Below, in pieces: positions 10,348 through 20,657 of a stretch of DNA of 64,000 bases. Within the stretch, counting starts at the first letter, position 1. Each line of letters starts with the position of its first letter. The DNA lies in the NCBI GenBank assembly GCA_964022095.1, contig CAXHZO010000002.1, forward strand, positions 288,001-352,000. The letters are read 5' to 3'. The stretch is from an uncultured Arcobacteraceae bacterium. Its GTDB lineage: Bacteria > Campylobacterota > Campylobacteria > Campylobacterales > Arcobacteraceae. The notes under the pieces are model-generated. The model did not search any database, was not told the origin of the DNA, and worked only from the letters and a program-made list of their open reading frames with translations. The translations under genes and the position numbers were made by a program.

Positions 10348-11559
10348 TTAATTGTTGTTAGAAACATCATATCCTAACTCTTTAAATCTCTCTACTAATG
10401 GTGGATGTGAGTAGTAGAAGAAAATATATAAAGGGTGAGATAAAGGAAAAGACTTATTTTCATTTGCTAATTTTAATAAAGCATTTACTAAATCTTCTTT
10501 TGATTGTAAATTTGAACCAAACTCATCTGCTGCGTATTCATTATGTCTTGAAATTAATGATATTAAAGGCATTAAGAAAAATGAAAATATAGGTGAAAAT
10601 ATTAAGAACACAGCGATAATTCCATATGCTTCATTATTTATTGATAATCCTAAAAACAACTCTTCAGGTAAATTACCAAATATTCCAAAAAATACAAACA
10701 TAACTAATCCCATAATACCAATGTTTTTTAGTATATCTCCATTTTTGAAGTGACCTAATTCATGACCTAATACTGCAAGTAATTCATTGTGAGTAAGTTT
10801 TTCAACTAATGTATCAAATAAAACTACTCTTTTTGTACTACCAAGTCCACCAAAGTAAGCATTTAATCTATTGTCTCTTTTACTAGCATCAACAGAGAAT
10901 ATACCAGAACTTTTAAATCCAACTTCATCTAATAGCTTTTCGATTTTTTCTTCTAATTCTTTATCTTTAAGTTTTTCAAACTTATCAAACATTTTATCTC
11001 TAATTACAGGATAAAGCATATTTATTAAGATAATTATTCCAAAAATAAATGCAAATCCCCAAATCCACCAATTTGGAAAACTATTAATAATATAAGAAAT
11101 ACCAGCAATTACTAATGAACCAAATACTAAAAATAAAACACCTGTTTTTACAGTATCTTGAATAAAAAGTTTACTCGTCATATTTGAGAAACCATATTTT
11201 TTATTTAATACAAATGTAGAATATAATTCAAATGGTAAGCCTAAAAACCAATTTATTACAATAAACAAGTCAATAAATACAATAGCTTTTACAATATATG
11301 AATCAATAGTTAAAATTGAGTCTAAGTAAGATAATCCAAACCCAATCCATAAAATAAAAATCACAAAATCATAAAAAGTAGAGGCAATAGCCATTTTCTC
11401 TTTATCAACTGCATAATTTGCTGCTTCTTTATATTTATTTGAGTCTAATATAATAGGTTTTAATTTTCTTGCTTCTTTGATATATCCAATTTGCATAAAT
11501 GATGTATAAATATTAATTGCAATATAAATGCAATATGCAATAACGAAAAATTCTAACAA
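10348..11559 (-). CDS. M48 (Ste24-like) zinc metalloprotease
   Basis: NAYFGG, HELGH, EYAAD, YSHPP. Confidence 0.9.
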   Translation of the reverse strand: MLEFFVIAYCIYIAINIYTSFMQIGYIKEARKLKPIILDSNKYKEAANYAVDKEKMAIASTFYDFVIFILWIGFGLSYLDSILTIDSYIVKAIVFIDLFIVINWFLGLPFELYSTFVLNKKYGFSNMTSKLFIQDTVKTGVLFLVFGSLVIAGISYIINSFPNWWIWGFAFIFGIIILINMLYPVIRDKMFDKFEKLKDKELEEKIEKLLDEVGFKSSGIFSVDASKRDNRLNAYFGGLGSTKRVVLFDTLVEKLTHNELLAVLGHELGHFKNGDILKNIGIMGLVMFVFFGIFGNLPEELFLGLSINNEAYGIIAVFLIFSPIFSFFLMPLISLISRHNEYAADEFGSNLQSKEDLVNALLKLANENKSFPLSHPLYIFFYYSHPPLVERFKELGYDVSNNN

Positions 11560-11617
11560 AATTCTATTCCTTTTTTGATTTTATAATACAAAAAATATAC
11601 TTGATAAATGATAAAAA

Positions 11618-12622
11618 TTATTTGTTAATAAAATCTTCTTTAAATAGAACTACTTTGTTTCTACCGTTATGTTTTGCATTATATAAAGCTACATCAGCTC
11701 TATGAAGAAGAACTTCTAAGCTTATATCTTGTGAGTCAAGTGTTGCTACACCAACACTAATTGTAAATTTAATTGATTTATTGTTTTTTGAAACATACTC
11801 TAAGTTTTCGATTTCTTGTCTAATATTCTCTGCTGCTTTTAAAGCACCTTGTTCAGAGGTATTTGGTAAAATTGCACCAAACTCTTCTCCTCCAAGTCTA
11901 CCAAAAACATCACTTTTTCTTAAATTCACTTCTGTTTTTTGAGACATTAATCTTAATATATCATCACCTACTGCATGGCCATGAGTATCATTTATGATCT
12001 TGAATCTATCAATATCAATCATAAGAGCTGCAAGAGGTTTTCTTTCTCTTCTATTATATGAGATAATTGGTCCTGAAGATTCAAAGAAGCTTCTTCTGTT
12101 TTTTATTCCACAAAGCGAGTCTGTTGTAGCTAAAACATTAAGTTTTACATTTATATTATTTAGCTCTTTTGTTCTTTTATCAACTGCAGCTTCTAAGACT
12201 TCTTGATACTCTTTAAGTCTTCTTTCTTGAGCATTTAATTTAATAGCTTCAAGAACAATAAGTTCAAAATCTATTTTTTTTAATTCGTTTGGTATTATTT
12301 TGTATATTGATGCATTATTGATGATTTTTTCTACACAGTCTAAAGACATTACATCTTTAAAAACTATATTTTTTGTGTTAGGTGAGTTTTTATGAAGCTC
12401 TAAGATAAACTCTTCACATTTTAATTTAGAGGTATTACTTCCATTTATAGTTATTAAAACCTCATTACCTGCAATAATATTATTTAGACAGCCCACTAGT
12501 GCTTGTTGTGCATTTATATAACTTTCAATAACATAATCACTATCTACTATTCTTGAGATTTTATTATATAAAGAATCTAATATTTCAACATTGTTGTTAA
12601 TACATACAATAATATACTTCAA
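11618..12622 (-). CDS. Cytoplasmic diguanylate cyclase with degenerate receiver-like N-terminus
   Basis: DIDRFK..NDTHGH, RKSD (RxxD I-site), RLGGEEF. Confidence 0.88.
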   Translation of the reverse strand: MKYIIVCINNNVEILDSLYNKISRIVDSDYVIESYINAQQALVGCLNNIIAGNEVLITINGSNTSKLKCEEFILELHKNSPNTKNIVFKDVMSLDCVEKIINNASIYKIIPNELKKIDFELIVLEAIKLNAQERRLKEYQEVLEAAVDKRTKELNNINVKLNVLATTDSLCGIKNRRSFFESSGPIISYNRRERKPLAALMIDIDRFKIINDTHGHAVGDDILRLMSQKTEVNLRKSDVFGRLGGEEFGAILPNTSEQGALKAAENIRQEIENLEYVSKNNKSIKFTISVGVATLDSQDISLEVLLHRADVALYNAKHNGRNKVVLFKEDFINK

Positions 12623-12689
12623 TTTTCAAACTCCGTGGTGAAATATTAACTAAAAATATTTTAATTTTACAAATTAAAATATAACTTCT

Positions 12690-13178
12690 TTAAAGACTTA
12701 ATAGTTGATTTCTCAGTTTTAAAATTATTTTTCTGTCATTAGTTTTCATTATAAATTCAATATTTTTTTTAAAAGATTCTTTCGTCCAGTTAGATGAGCC
12801 TAAAAGTGCTAGTTTAGAATCAAATAAAGCTACTTTTAAATGCATCTTTTCTCTTGGGAATTTTACTATAATACTATTATTTTTCAGGGTTTTTGAAAAC
12901 TTTTTATTTTTAGAATTTTTATCTTCATCCATAATTACAGTAACTTTTACTCCCCTTTTAGATGCAGAAATCAACTCTTTTTGAAATTTTTTATATGAGA
13001 AATTATAAACAGCAATTATTATCTCATTTTTAGAGTTTTTAATTAGATCTATAACTTCATTTTTTGCTAAATCTGCTTGCTTAGGTAGAAGATATATGTC
13101 ATTTGTTATAACATTTGTTATATTTTTAGCATAAAGTGTTATTAATAGTATTGGTAATATAAAAAATATTTTTTTCAT
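12690..13178 (-). CDS. Phospholipase D-family (Nuc-like) secreted protein
   Basis: Signal peptide; single HxKxxxxD (HLKVALFD) plus GSSNWT. Confidence 0.82.
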   Translation of the reverse strand: MKKIFFILPILLITLYAKNITNVITNDIYLLPKQADLAKNEVIDLIKNSKNEIIIAVYNFSYKKFQKELISASKRGVKVTVIMDEDKNSKNKKFSKTLKNNSIIVKFPREKMHLKVALFDSKLALLGSSNWTKESFKKNIEFIMKTNDRKIILKLRNQLLSL

Positions 13179-13187
13179 TTTTTTCCT

Positions 13188-13550
13188 TTAATTAAATACT
13201 TCAAATAGTTCTGAAGGAATTTTACAAGGTTTGAAATTTTTTAGATAAGCTAATTTAAACTCTCCTGTAAAAAGAACCTCGTCATCTCTTTTTATACTTT
13301 GATACATTACTATTGAAGCAGACTTCTTTTGAGTTAGTTTAGTATCTATAGTTAATAAATCTCCAAATACAGCAGATTTAATATATTCAGCTTTAACGCT
13401 TTTTACTACAAAAAATTGATCATCTTGATGGGGAGATAAACCTTTTTGAAAAAACAATTCACTTCTAGCTCTTTCGCAAAATTTTAAATAGTTTGCATAA
13501 TAAACTACTCCCCCAACATCTGTATCTTCATAATAAACTCTTATTTGCAT
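13188..13550 (-). CDS. ybgC: YbgC/FadM acyl-CoA thioesterase
   Basis: RVYYEDTDVGGVVYYANYLKFCERAR. Confidence 0.9.
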   Translation of the reverse strand: MQIRVYYEDTDVGGVVYYANYLKFCERARSELFFQKGLSPHQDDQFFVVKSVKAEYIKSAVFGDLLTIDTKLTQKKSASIVMYQSIKRDDEVLFTGEFKLAYLKNFKPCKIPSELFEVFN

Positions 13551-13842
13551 TTCTTAATTCCTTATTTTCTTGAATAAAGATTATACATAAATATTAATTA
13601 GTTGTTTAATAACTCTTTTATTTGATTAAGGTTTTTATTAATATAAATATTAAAAGTTTTACTCTTAATAACAAAAATCTATTTTTATCCCTTTTTATAG
13701 TCGTTATAAGATTATTTCTTAAGATTTAATTGAAAAGAAAAGCTAAAAGTATCTTTTTAGATAGTTCCTATCTTTTTAGTAAGTACTTGTTTTTATTATA
13801 CTTCTAAGTTAAACTTTCTTTTATCAATACTAAGGAGAGAGT

Positions 13843-13958
13843 ATGAAAAAAGAAATGATTATGGAACTACACTATTGTGTGAATCTGCAAAAAAACCTGG
13901 AACACCTGCACATAGAGGTGAAATAATTCAATGTGATTTAACACATACTAAGTGGTAA
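13843..13958 (+). pseudogene. Internally deleted gene remnant, probably dddY-like DMSP lyase (start codons fused out of frame to the last 35 codons)
   Basis: AAGGAG RBS plus ATG AAA; shifted frame 13851-13958 reads RNDYGTTLLCESAKKPGTPAHRGEIIQCDLTHTKW*, resembling the DddY C-terminus as I recall it. Confidence 0.55.
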
Positions 13959-14000
13959 GAAATTATAATCAATCATAATCTACTTAAATGGAGTATGAAA

Positions 14001-14780
14001 ATGGAATATAAATATATTATAGTTGAAGAAAAGAATAATTGTATTGGACTAATTACTTTAAATAGACCAAAAGAATATAACGCATTATCTTCTGATTTAA
14101 TAAAAGAGGTATCACATGCAATTATTGATTTTGAGAAAAAAGAGCATATAGGCTCGATAGTTTTAACTGGTGGCGAAAAAGTTTTCGCTGCGGGTGCTGA
14201 TATTAAAGAGTTATCAAAATTAGATTTTGCAAGTGCCTATAATAGTGATTTTATATCAAGTAATTGGCATGCAATAGAAAGTCATAAAAAACCAATTATT
14301 GCAGCTATTAGTGGTGTTGCACTTGGTGGTGGATGTGAACTTGCATTAATGTGTGACATTATTATATGTGATACAAGTGCAAAATTTGGACAACCAGAAG
14401 TAAAACTAGGAACAATGCCAGGAATTGGTGGAACCCAAAGACTAACTCGTGCAGTTGGAAAATCAAAAGCTATGCAAATGTGTCTGACAGGAGACATGAT
14501 AAACGCAACTGAAGCTAAAAACTATGGTTTAGTTGCAGATGTTTTTGAAATAGGAGCTGTTTTAGATGAAGCTATTATTATGGCAGAAAAAATTTCTTCT
14601 ATGTCACAACCTGTTGTAAGACTTATAAAAGAATCTATTGATAATGCTTATGAAAGTACTTTAAAATCTGGATTAGAGAGTGAAAGAAAATATTTTTATA
14701 CAACTTTTAATCTTGAAGATAAAAAAGAAGGTATGAATGCTTTTATTGAAAAAAGAAAAGCTAATTTTATAAATAAATAA
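14001..14780 (+). CDS. Enoyl-CoA hydratase (crotonase; PaaF/AcuK-like)
   Basis: FAAGADIKE, GGGCELA, FGQPEVKLG..PG.GGTQRL; ATG 14001 has better spacing to GGAG than 13995. Confidence 0.92.
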   Translation: MEYKYIIVEEKNNCIGLITLNRPKEYNALSSDLIKEVSHAIIDFEKKEHIGSIVLTGGEKVFAAGADIKELSKLDFASAYNSDFISSNWHAIESHKKPIIAAISGVALGGGCELALMCDIIICDTSAKFGQPEVKLGTMPGIGGTQRLTRAVGKSKAMQMCLTGDMINATEAKNYGLVADVFEIGAVLDEAIIMAEKISSMSQPVVRLIKESIDNAYESTLKSGLESERKYFYTTFNLEDKKEGMNAFIEKRKANFINK

Positions 14781-14792
14781 AATATATACTTA

Positions 14793-14820
14793 AACTATGA
14801 GTTAATATTAACTCATAGTT
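14793..14820. terminator. Perfect 28-bp palindrome after the hydratase stop; likely bidirectional terminator
   Basis: aactatgagttaat|attaactcatagtt. Confidence 0.6.
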
Positions 14821-14976
14821 CTGTAAAGGTCTTGTGCTTTATTAATATTTTGTTTAGAAGTTTTTCTTCTGCATGACATATAACATTTTTCACCATCTTC
14901 ATTTATATATGGATATACAGTAGGTTGCCTATACCCAATAGTAATTGCCTAATTTAGTACAAAACTAATTACACCT

Positions 14977-17514
14977 TTAAGCACAATTTATTTCCCTAAT
15001 TTTATCTAATTTTTCAAAAACTATTTCAATGTTTTTTTCAATATTCTCTGTTACTGCAAATATTTGTCCATTATCATACTCTTCAGAATATAAATCAATT
15101 GTATCTTGAATCATACTATGTACTCTTTCATGGGCAGTTTTTAATTCAATCCAATCTTGTGATTTTGCAAAATCTTTATGTTCATTTGCATCAATCCATT
15201 TTCCTAAATTACATTCATGATGGTTTTTAACTGTAAATTTATAACCAGGCTTACACTGTGCAAAGTTAAGGTTCTTGAAGTTAATGTGATCAGATTTTAA
15301 TCTATTTATATCAATAATCATAGTTGTATCACAAACTCTTTTTTCAGCTTCTTTATCAAATGTTGTTTGTAGAATAATATTTTGTAAATGTTCAGCTAGT
15401 TTAGAGTTGTTAGTTGCCATATTATTAATTGATGTTGCTAAAGATGCATTTTCTTGTGTAGCTTTGTCCAATGAGTTTATTGTGTCCGAAATTTGCTCCA
15501 TTGCACTTTCTTGTTCTTTTGTTGCAAGAGCGACATCATCAATTATTTTAATAGTAGTCACAATATTTTCATTTAATTCATTATATCCTTCAATCATTTT
15601 TGAAGTAATTGTTTTACCTTCTTGTGCTTTTTGTGTCGCACTTTCTACTATTGTTTTAATCTCATTTGCAGCATCAGCACTTCTTCCTGCTAAATTTCTA
15701 ACTTCTTGAGCAACAACAGCAAATCCTTTACCAGCTTCCCCTGCAGTTGCTGCTTCAACAGCAGCGTTTAATGAAAGAATATTTGTTTGAAATGCAATTT
15801 GATCAATTATTGATATTGCATCTGTAATTGCATTTACTTTTTCATTTAATTCATCCATAGAATCAGATGTTTTATATGCTAACTCTTTTCCTAAATTATT
15901 TGATTTAGTCACATTTTGTGCATATGAAGACATCTCAGCTGCGTTTGAGCTACTTTGTTTAATAGTTGATGTAATCTCTTCAATTGCAGCAGCTGTTTCT
16001 TCTAACGATGCTGCTTGAATATTTGATGAATCACTAAGATTTCTAGATGTTCTTGATAAATCTTGTGCACTTGTTGTTAATTCATTATTTGACTTATCAA
16101 TCAAACAAATAATTTCATTAATAGAGGCTCTTGTAACATCAACACCTGAAAACAATGAGGCAATCATACCTGTTAATCCATCTATCTTAGGAACTTTTGC
16201 ATCATATTTAGCATTTGACATAGCAATTAATGTTTCACTTAATTGAGTTAAAATATTTTGTAAAGTATCAATCATAGAATTAATTTCAACTACTAATTCT
16301 TCTACTTCAGGAGAATTTGCATGTGAAGTAACTCTGTCGTTAAGTAAACCTTTTTTAACTTTTAAAATTACATCTTTTGTTTCTTTAATTACAAGTTTAT
16401 CTTTTTTTAATCCTTTGTCTATATAGTCTAAATATGAATTAAAACTATTAACAACATCCCCTATTTCATCTTTATTTTTGATTTTTATTCTTTTTGCTTC
16501 TGTTGATGTATTATTTGAAATATCATCTATAGAATTTTTTAAATCCATTATTGGAGATAAAACTGTTTTTTTCATATTTGTTAGTGTTGCAAGAGTACTT
16601 AATACTAGTGCAACAACTAGGATAATAAGAGCAATCCAAATAATGTTTGAAGTATGACTAATAGCATTTTCTACATCTTGTATAGGTTCTCCTGTTAGTG
16701 CTATTCCTAAGGTATTGTCCTTAAAGTCTTTAATTAAAGTATAAGTATAAAAGTAATTATCAGATATTAGATATTTATCTTTTTTTAACTGATCAATATC
16801 TATTTTTTTAGCATCAGCTAAAAACTTTTCATCTACATACTTTTGAGATATTATATAGTTATTTAATTTTGATTTTTCATCAAATTGAGCAACTGAAACT
16901 TTATCATCCATTAGTAAAATAAAAGCGTTACCTTCTTTATTAAATCCCTTAGCAACTGAATTAAGTCCTTGCATAAATTCTAATGAACCTAAATGGGAAT
17001 TATTTTTGAAAATAGGAACAACAGATCTTATACTTAATCCAGCTTTTCCTACTTCAAATGTATTTACAACACTTTTAGATGAATTAACTTTTACAATACT
17101 ATGTCTAAAACCACTTAAATCATCTCCGTATTTACTTGTTTTCCAAGATCTTAAAAATGATTTATTATCTTTAGTATGAATATGAATTTTAATATTTTTA
17201 AAAGGAGTTGATTCTTTCATATTTTTTGAAAGATTCCCTAATGCATTAATTGCTAGATCTCTATTTTGAGTCTCTAAGGCAATTTTTATCATATCATCAT
17301 TTGCAATTGAAATTGCATTTGATATACCTACGTCTAGTTTACTTTGAATTTTATTTTCTGTTAATTGATTTAGTTCTGTTTGAACTTCAGTATAAAGTTC
17401 TAAGACCAATTTGTTTTTATTGTAGTTTAACAATAAAAAACCTATTAGTAACATCAATAGTGTAATAATAACAGTTATTAATGTAAATTTTTTAGATATG
17501 CTAACATTTTCCAT
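14977..17514 (-). CDS. Methyl-accepting chemotaxis protein (Cache sensor, HAMP, MA domain, C-terminal CZB)
   Basis: Two TM helices, [26 protein letters not shown]-terminal H..CNLGKW..H..VH. Confidence 0.93.
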   Translation of the reverse strand: MENVSISKKFTLITVIITLLMLLIGFLLLNYNKNKLVLELYTEVQTELNQLTENKIQSKLDVGISNAISIANDDMIKIALETQNRDLAINALGNLSKNMKESTPFKNIKIHIHTKDNKSFLRSWKTSKYGDDLSGFRHSIVKVNSSKSVVNTFEVGKAGLSIRSVVPIFKNNSHLGSLEFMQGLNSVAKGFNKEGNAFILLMDDKVSVAQFDEKSKLNNYIISQKYVDEKFLADAKKIDIDQLKKDKYLISDNYFYTYTLIKDFKDNTLGIALTGEPIQDVENAISHTSNIIWIALIILVVALVLSTLATLTNMKKTVLSPIMDLKNSIDDISNNTSTEAKRIKIKNKDEIGDVVNSFNSYLDYIDKGLKKDKLVIKETKDVILKVKKGLLNDRVTSHANSPEVEELVVEINSMIDTLQNILTQLSETLIAMSNAKYDAKVPKIDGLTGMIASLFSGVDVTRASINEIICLIDKSNNELTTSAQDLSRTSRNLSDSSNIQAASLEETAAAIEEITSTIKQSSSNAAEMSSYAQNVTKSNNLGKELAYKTSDSMDELNEKVNAITDAISIIDQIAFQTNILSLNAAVEAATAGEAGKGFAVVAQEVRNLAGRSADAANEIKTIVESATQKAQEGKTITSKMIEGYNELNENIVTTIKIIDDVALATKEQESAMEQISDTINSLDKATQENASLATSINNMATNNSKLAEHLQNIILQTTFDKEAEKRVCDTTMIIDINRLKSDHINFKNLNFAQCKPGYKFTVKNHHECNLGKWIDANEHKDFAKSQDWIELKTAHERVHSMIQDTIDLYSEEYDNGQIFAVTENIEKNIEIVFEKLDKIREINCA

Positions 17515-17618
17515 GAATACCCCTAAGCTTTTATAAGGGTATTATAGTATTTTTATAATTAAATTATTTAATATTCTTTTTATAAGTTATACTTATAAAA
17601 TAATTTTTTTAATTAAAC

Positions 17619-18638
17619 TTATCCCATAGGATATAAAATATCATTTTGTATTTCTTCAATTTTTGACATTAATTCATCATCAATTTTAAAATCAAAAGCT
17701 GCAAGTGACTCATCAAGTTGAGAAAGCTTTCTAGCACCAATTATTGTAGAAGCTACAAAATCAAAATGTTTTGAATAAGCAACAGCAAGTGTAACAGGAG
17801 AGATACCATACTCTTTTGCTAATTGCATATACCTTTTAGTTGTTTCCATTGTTTTTTCATTTACAAACCTAGTAGCCATAGCCTGAACTCTTGGATTTTT
17901 ATTTGACATATAAGCTCCAAATCTAGAATCCTGTGGATAAAGTCCACCATTATATTTACCAGATAGCATACCACCTGCAATTGGTGAATATGGAAGAAGT
18001 GATATATTTTCTCTTCTACAAACATTTGCAAGTTCATCTAAAAATCTTGGATTATTTAATGAAAAATTATTTTGAATAGATTCAAATCTAGCTAAGTTAT
18101 TGTATTTTGAAACTTCATTTGCTTTTGTTAAACCATAAGCTGTATCGTTTGAAGTTCCTATATATCTAACTTTTCCTTCTTTAACTAGTTCATCAAAGGC
18201 TTTCATTGATTCTTCAATTGGTACAATTGTATCTGGCCAGTGCATTTGGTATAAATCAATATAATCTGTATCAAGTTTTTTCAAACTACCCTCAACTGCT
18301 TTTTTAATATGAAAAGAATCAATTGCAGTAAGTCCATGTCTAATTGGTGGTACAAACCATCCAGAAGCTGCCCCTGCTACTTTTGTTGCTAAGATGATAG
18401 ATTCTCTTGGTTTTGTTTTTAACCACTCCCCTACCCACTGTTCTGTTATTCCTGCCATATCTGCTTTTGGAGGTACAGGATAAAGCTCTGCTGTATCATA
18501 AAAGTTTATTCCTCTTTCATATGCTTTATCCATAATTTTAAATGCTTCTTCTTTAGAAGTTGTAGAACCAAAAGTCATTGTTCCCATACAAATAGAACTA
18601 ACTCTTAATCCACTTTTTCCTATATATCTAAAATCCAT
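17619..18638 (-). CDS. Aldo/keto reductase (Tas-like)
   Basis: GTMTFG, DTAELYP, IDLYQMHWPD, PYSPIAGG. Confidence 0.92.
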   Translation of the reverse strand: MDFRYIGKSGLRVSSICMGTMTFGSTTSKEEAFKIMDKAYERGINFYDTAELYPVPPKADMAGITEQWVGEWLKTKPRESIILATKVAGAASGWFVPPIRHGLTAIDSFHIKKAVEGSLKKLDTDYIDLYQMHWPDTIVPIEESMKAFDELVKEGKVRYIGTSNDTAYGLTKANEVSKYNNLARFESIQNNFSLNNPRFLDELANVCRRENISLLPYSPIAGGMLSGKYNGGLYPQDSRFGAYMSNKNPRVQAMATRFVNEKTMETTKRYMQLAKEYGISPVTLAVAYSKHFDFVASTIIGARKLSQLDESLAAFDFKIDDELMSKIEEIQNDILYPMG

Positions 18639-18707
18639 AATATAAATCCTTCAAATTTTTCTAAAGAGTTATTATAACTACTAAGAAGATTATTTACAAT
18701 AAAATAT

Positions 18708-19682
18708 TTACTCCATTATACAAATTTCTTTTTTTCTCATGTGAACAAATGTCTCTTTAGCTACTAATAAAACAACTATTGTTGTAATAGTAGTTAAAAT
18801 ATAAGCTAAAACTGAATAAACCCAAAAATGAGTTAAATCATACATTAATATTGCACTTAAAGTAACTGCAGCCATTGGGAAAGTAAATGCCCACCAAGAG
18901 ATAAAAAACTTAATATTTACAAAATTTTTATACATAATAAATACTAAAACTGTAAAGAAAATGCCAAGGTTAAATAAAATCTGTGCAAAAAAATCTAAAC
19001 TACCAGTTAGTTTTATATATGACACAAATCCAATAGCAGGTGGAGCTATAAGTATAAATAGTGTTGGCATAAATTTTGGTGCAAATTGATTATGAAATAT
19101 AATTCTATTTAAAATAATTGCAAATAATACTATCCAAAAGAAAATACCAATTGAATAGTAAAAATATAAAATTGAATTATCAATAAAACCAATTCCAGCT
19201 ATTGGAACTATTAAATTACCAACAATAGGAATAAACCAAGCAGGATTTGAGTGTTGCATTTCTAGATTATTGTTTATCCAAAATTTTACAGTGTAAAAAG
19301 TAAAGAATATATGTAAAACTGCACCAATTATAAAAAATATTTGTGATAGCTCAACTATATAATGTCTATATATAATTGACATTAAAAGTGTTGCAATAGA
19401 ACTTGCAGCAAAGAAGTTTATTCGTACTGGGTGTTTTAACTCTTTTTTAACTTCTTCTTTGTGCTTCATAATCTTTAAGATATAAAAAACTACAACTAAA
19501 AAATAAGCTATTGTTGTTCCTGATAACATAAGTGTCGCTATAATTGAAGGAAAAAAGAAAATTTCGTTCATTCTTTCATAAACTAGTGTTAGTCCAGCAA
19601 GCCCCATAATTGTTGCAAACATCATAATTGGAAAAAATTGTAATCTATCTGAAGGAATAGATTTTATAGTTTCATCTTGCAT
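18708..19682 (-). CDS. SLAC1/TehA family anion channel
   Basis: HPVRINFF, NPAWFIP.VGN, SWWAFTFP. Confidence 0.9.
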   Translation of the reverse strand: MQDETIKSIPSDRLQFFPIMMFATIMGLAGLTLVYERMNEIFFFPSIIATLMLSGTTIAYFLVVVFYILKIMKHKEEVKKELKHPVRINFFAASSIATLLMSIIYRHYIVELSQIFFIIGAVLHIFFTFYTVKFWINNNLEMQHSNPAWFIPIVGNLIVPIAGIGFIDNSILYFYYSIGIFFWIVLFAIILNRIIFHNQFAPKFMPTLFILIAPPAIGFVSYIKLTGSLDFFAQILFNLGIFFTVLVFIMYKNFVNIKFFISWWAFTFPMAAVTLSAILMYDLTHFWVYSVLAYILTTITTIVVLLVAKETFVHMRKKEICIME

Positions 19683-19738
19683 ATTTAAATCCTATAAAGT
19701 AAAATTATATATAATACTCAAAAAAATTGGACTAGGAA

Positions 19739-19945
19739 ATGGCAAAAAAATCAATTATTGACTTAAAAAAGATGAATCTATCTTTTGAAGATAGAAATCA
19801 AACAATAAAATTAATCACTTTTAAAACTTCAAATATGAGTTTAGATATTGAAATCTATGAAAATGATGAGTTTATTAAAAAATCAAATATGGTTTTTGCC
19901 CACTTGCCAAAGAAACTAAAAGCAAAGTTGAATCCATTTTTTTAA
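19739..19945 (+). CDS. Small hypothetical protein
   Basis: AGGA RBS; C-terminal FAHLPKKLKAKLNP; fills intergenic gap. Confidence 0.65.
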   Translation: MAKKSIIDLKKMNLSFEDRNQTIKLITFKTSNMSLDIEIYENDEFIKKSNMVFAHLPKKLKAKLNPFF

Positions 19946-20036
19946 ATATTTTTATAATTATATCTTATTTTAATTAAATAAGTATTACTTATAATATAAG
20001 TAAAAATTATAATTTTAAATCAAAAAAGGTAAACAA

Positions 20037-20657
20037 ATGAAATTAGCAGTTATCTCAAATATAAAATCAAATATCAATGCCCTTAAAGCAGTACTTCAAA
20101 GTATTAAAAATAATAATGTAGATGTAGTTATAAACCTAGGGGACTCTTTTTTAGGTGATATTGAACCAAGACAAACTTATGAGTTAATCAGAGAATCAAA
20201 CTTTATAAATCTTTGTGGTGATAAAGATAGATATATTTTAGAAGCTTCTTTAGCTCAATTACAAGAAGATAAAACTTTAAATTATACTTATAATGATCTG
20301 GGAGAAGATGTATTGTATTGGATTCAAGAATTACCATTTGAAAAGCTTATTGGGGAAGATTTCTATATGGTTCATGGAACATATTTTAATGATATGGATT
20401 CATTATTAGAAGAAGAAATAAATGGTAAAATTGTTTTAAGGGAAGAAAAAAAGATTTTAGAATTAACAGATAATATAAAATCTAAGTTTATCTTTTGCTC
20501 CAATACTTCACAAGCTAGATGTATAAACTTAAGTACTGGTCAAGTTGTAATTTCTGGAGGTTCTGTTCACAATGATGTTACAAATGAAGCTTCTTATGTG
20601 ATATTAGATATCAACGACAATGAATTTGAAATAAAACTAAATAAAGTACCTTTTTAG
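20037..20657 (+). CDS. Calcineurin-like metallophosphoesterase fold protein with degenerate metal ligands
   Basis: Motif spacing matches DxH/GD/GNH/H/GHxH but reads SNIKSN, LGD, CGDKD, HG, CSNTS. Confidence 0.75.
   Translation: MKLAVISNIKSNINALKAVLQSIKNNNVDVVINLGDSFLGDIEPRQTYELIRESNFINLCGDKDRYILEASLAQLQEDKTLNYTYNDLGEDVLYWIQELPFEKLIGEDFYMVHGTYFNDMDSLLEEEINGKIVLREEKKILELTDNIKSKFIFCSNTSQARCINLSTGQVVISGGSVHNDVTNEASYVILDINDNEFEIKLNKVPF

Noticed and set aside
8878-13178. RmuC plus PLD nuclease as an anti-phage system
   Set aside because: Not adjacent, the PLD protein has a signal peptide, and no helicase, ATPase or methylase partner is present
13843-13926. 27-aa in-frame ORF MKKEMIMELHYCVNLQKNLEHLHIEVK as a real leader peptide
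   Set aside because: Better explained as the out-of-frame product of a deletion, since the shifted frame is the protein-like one
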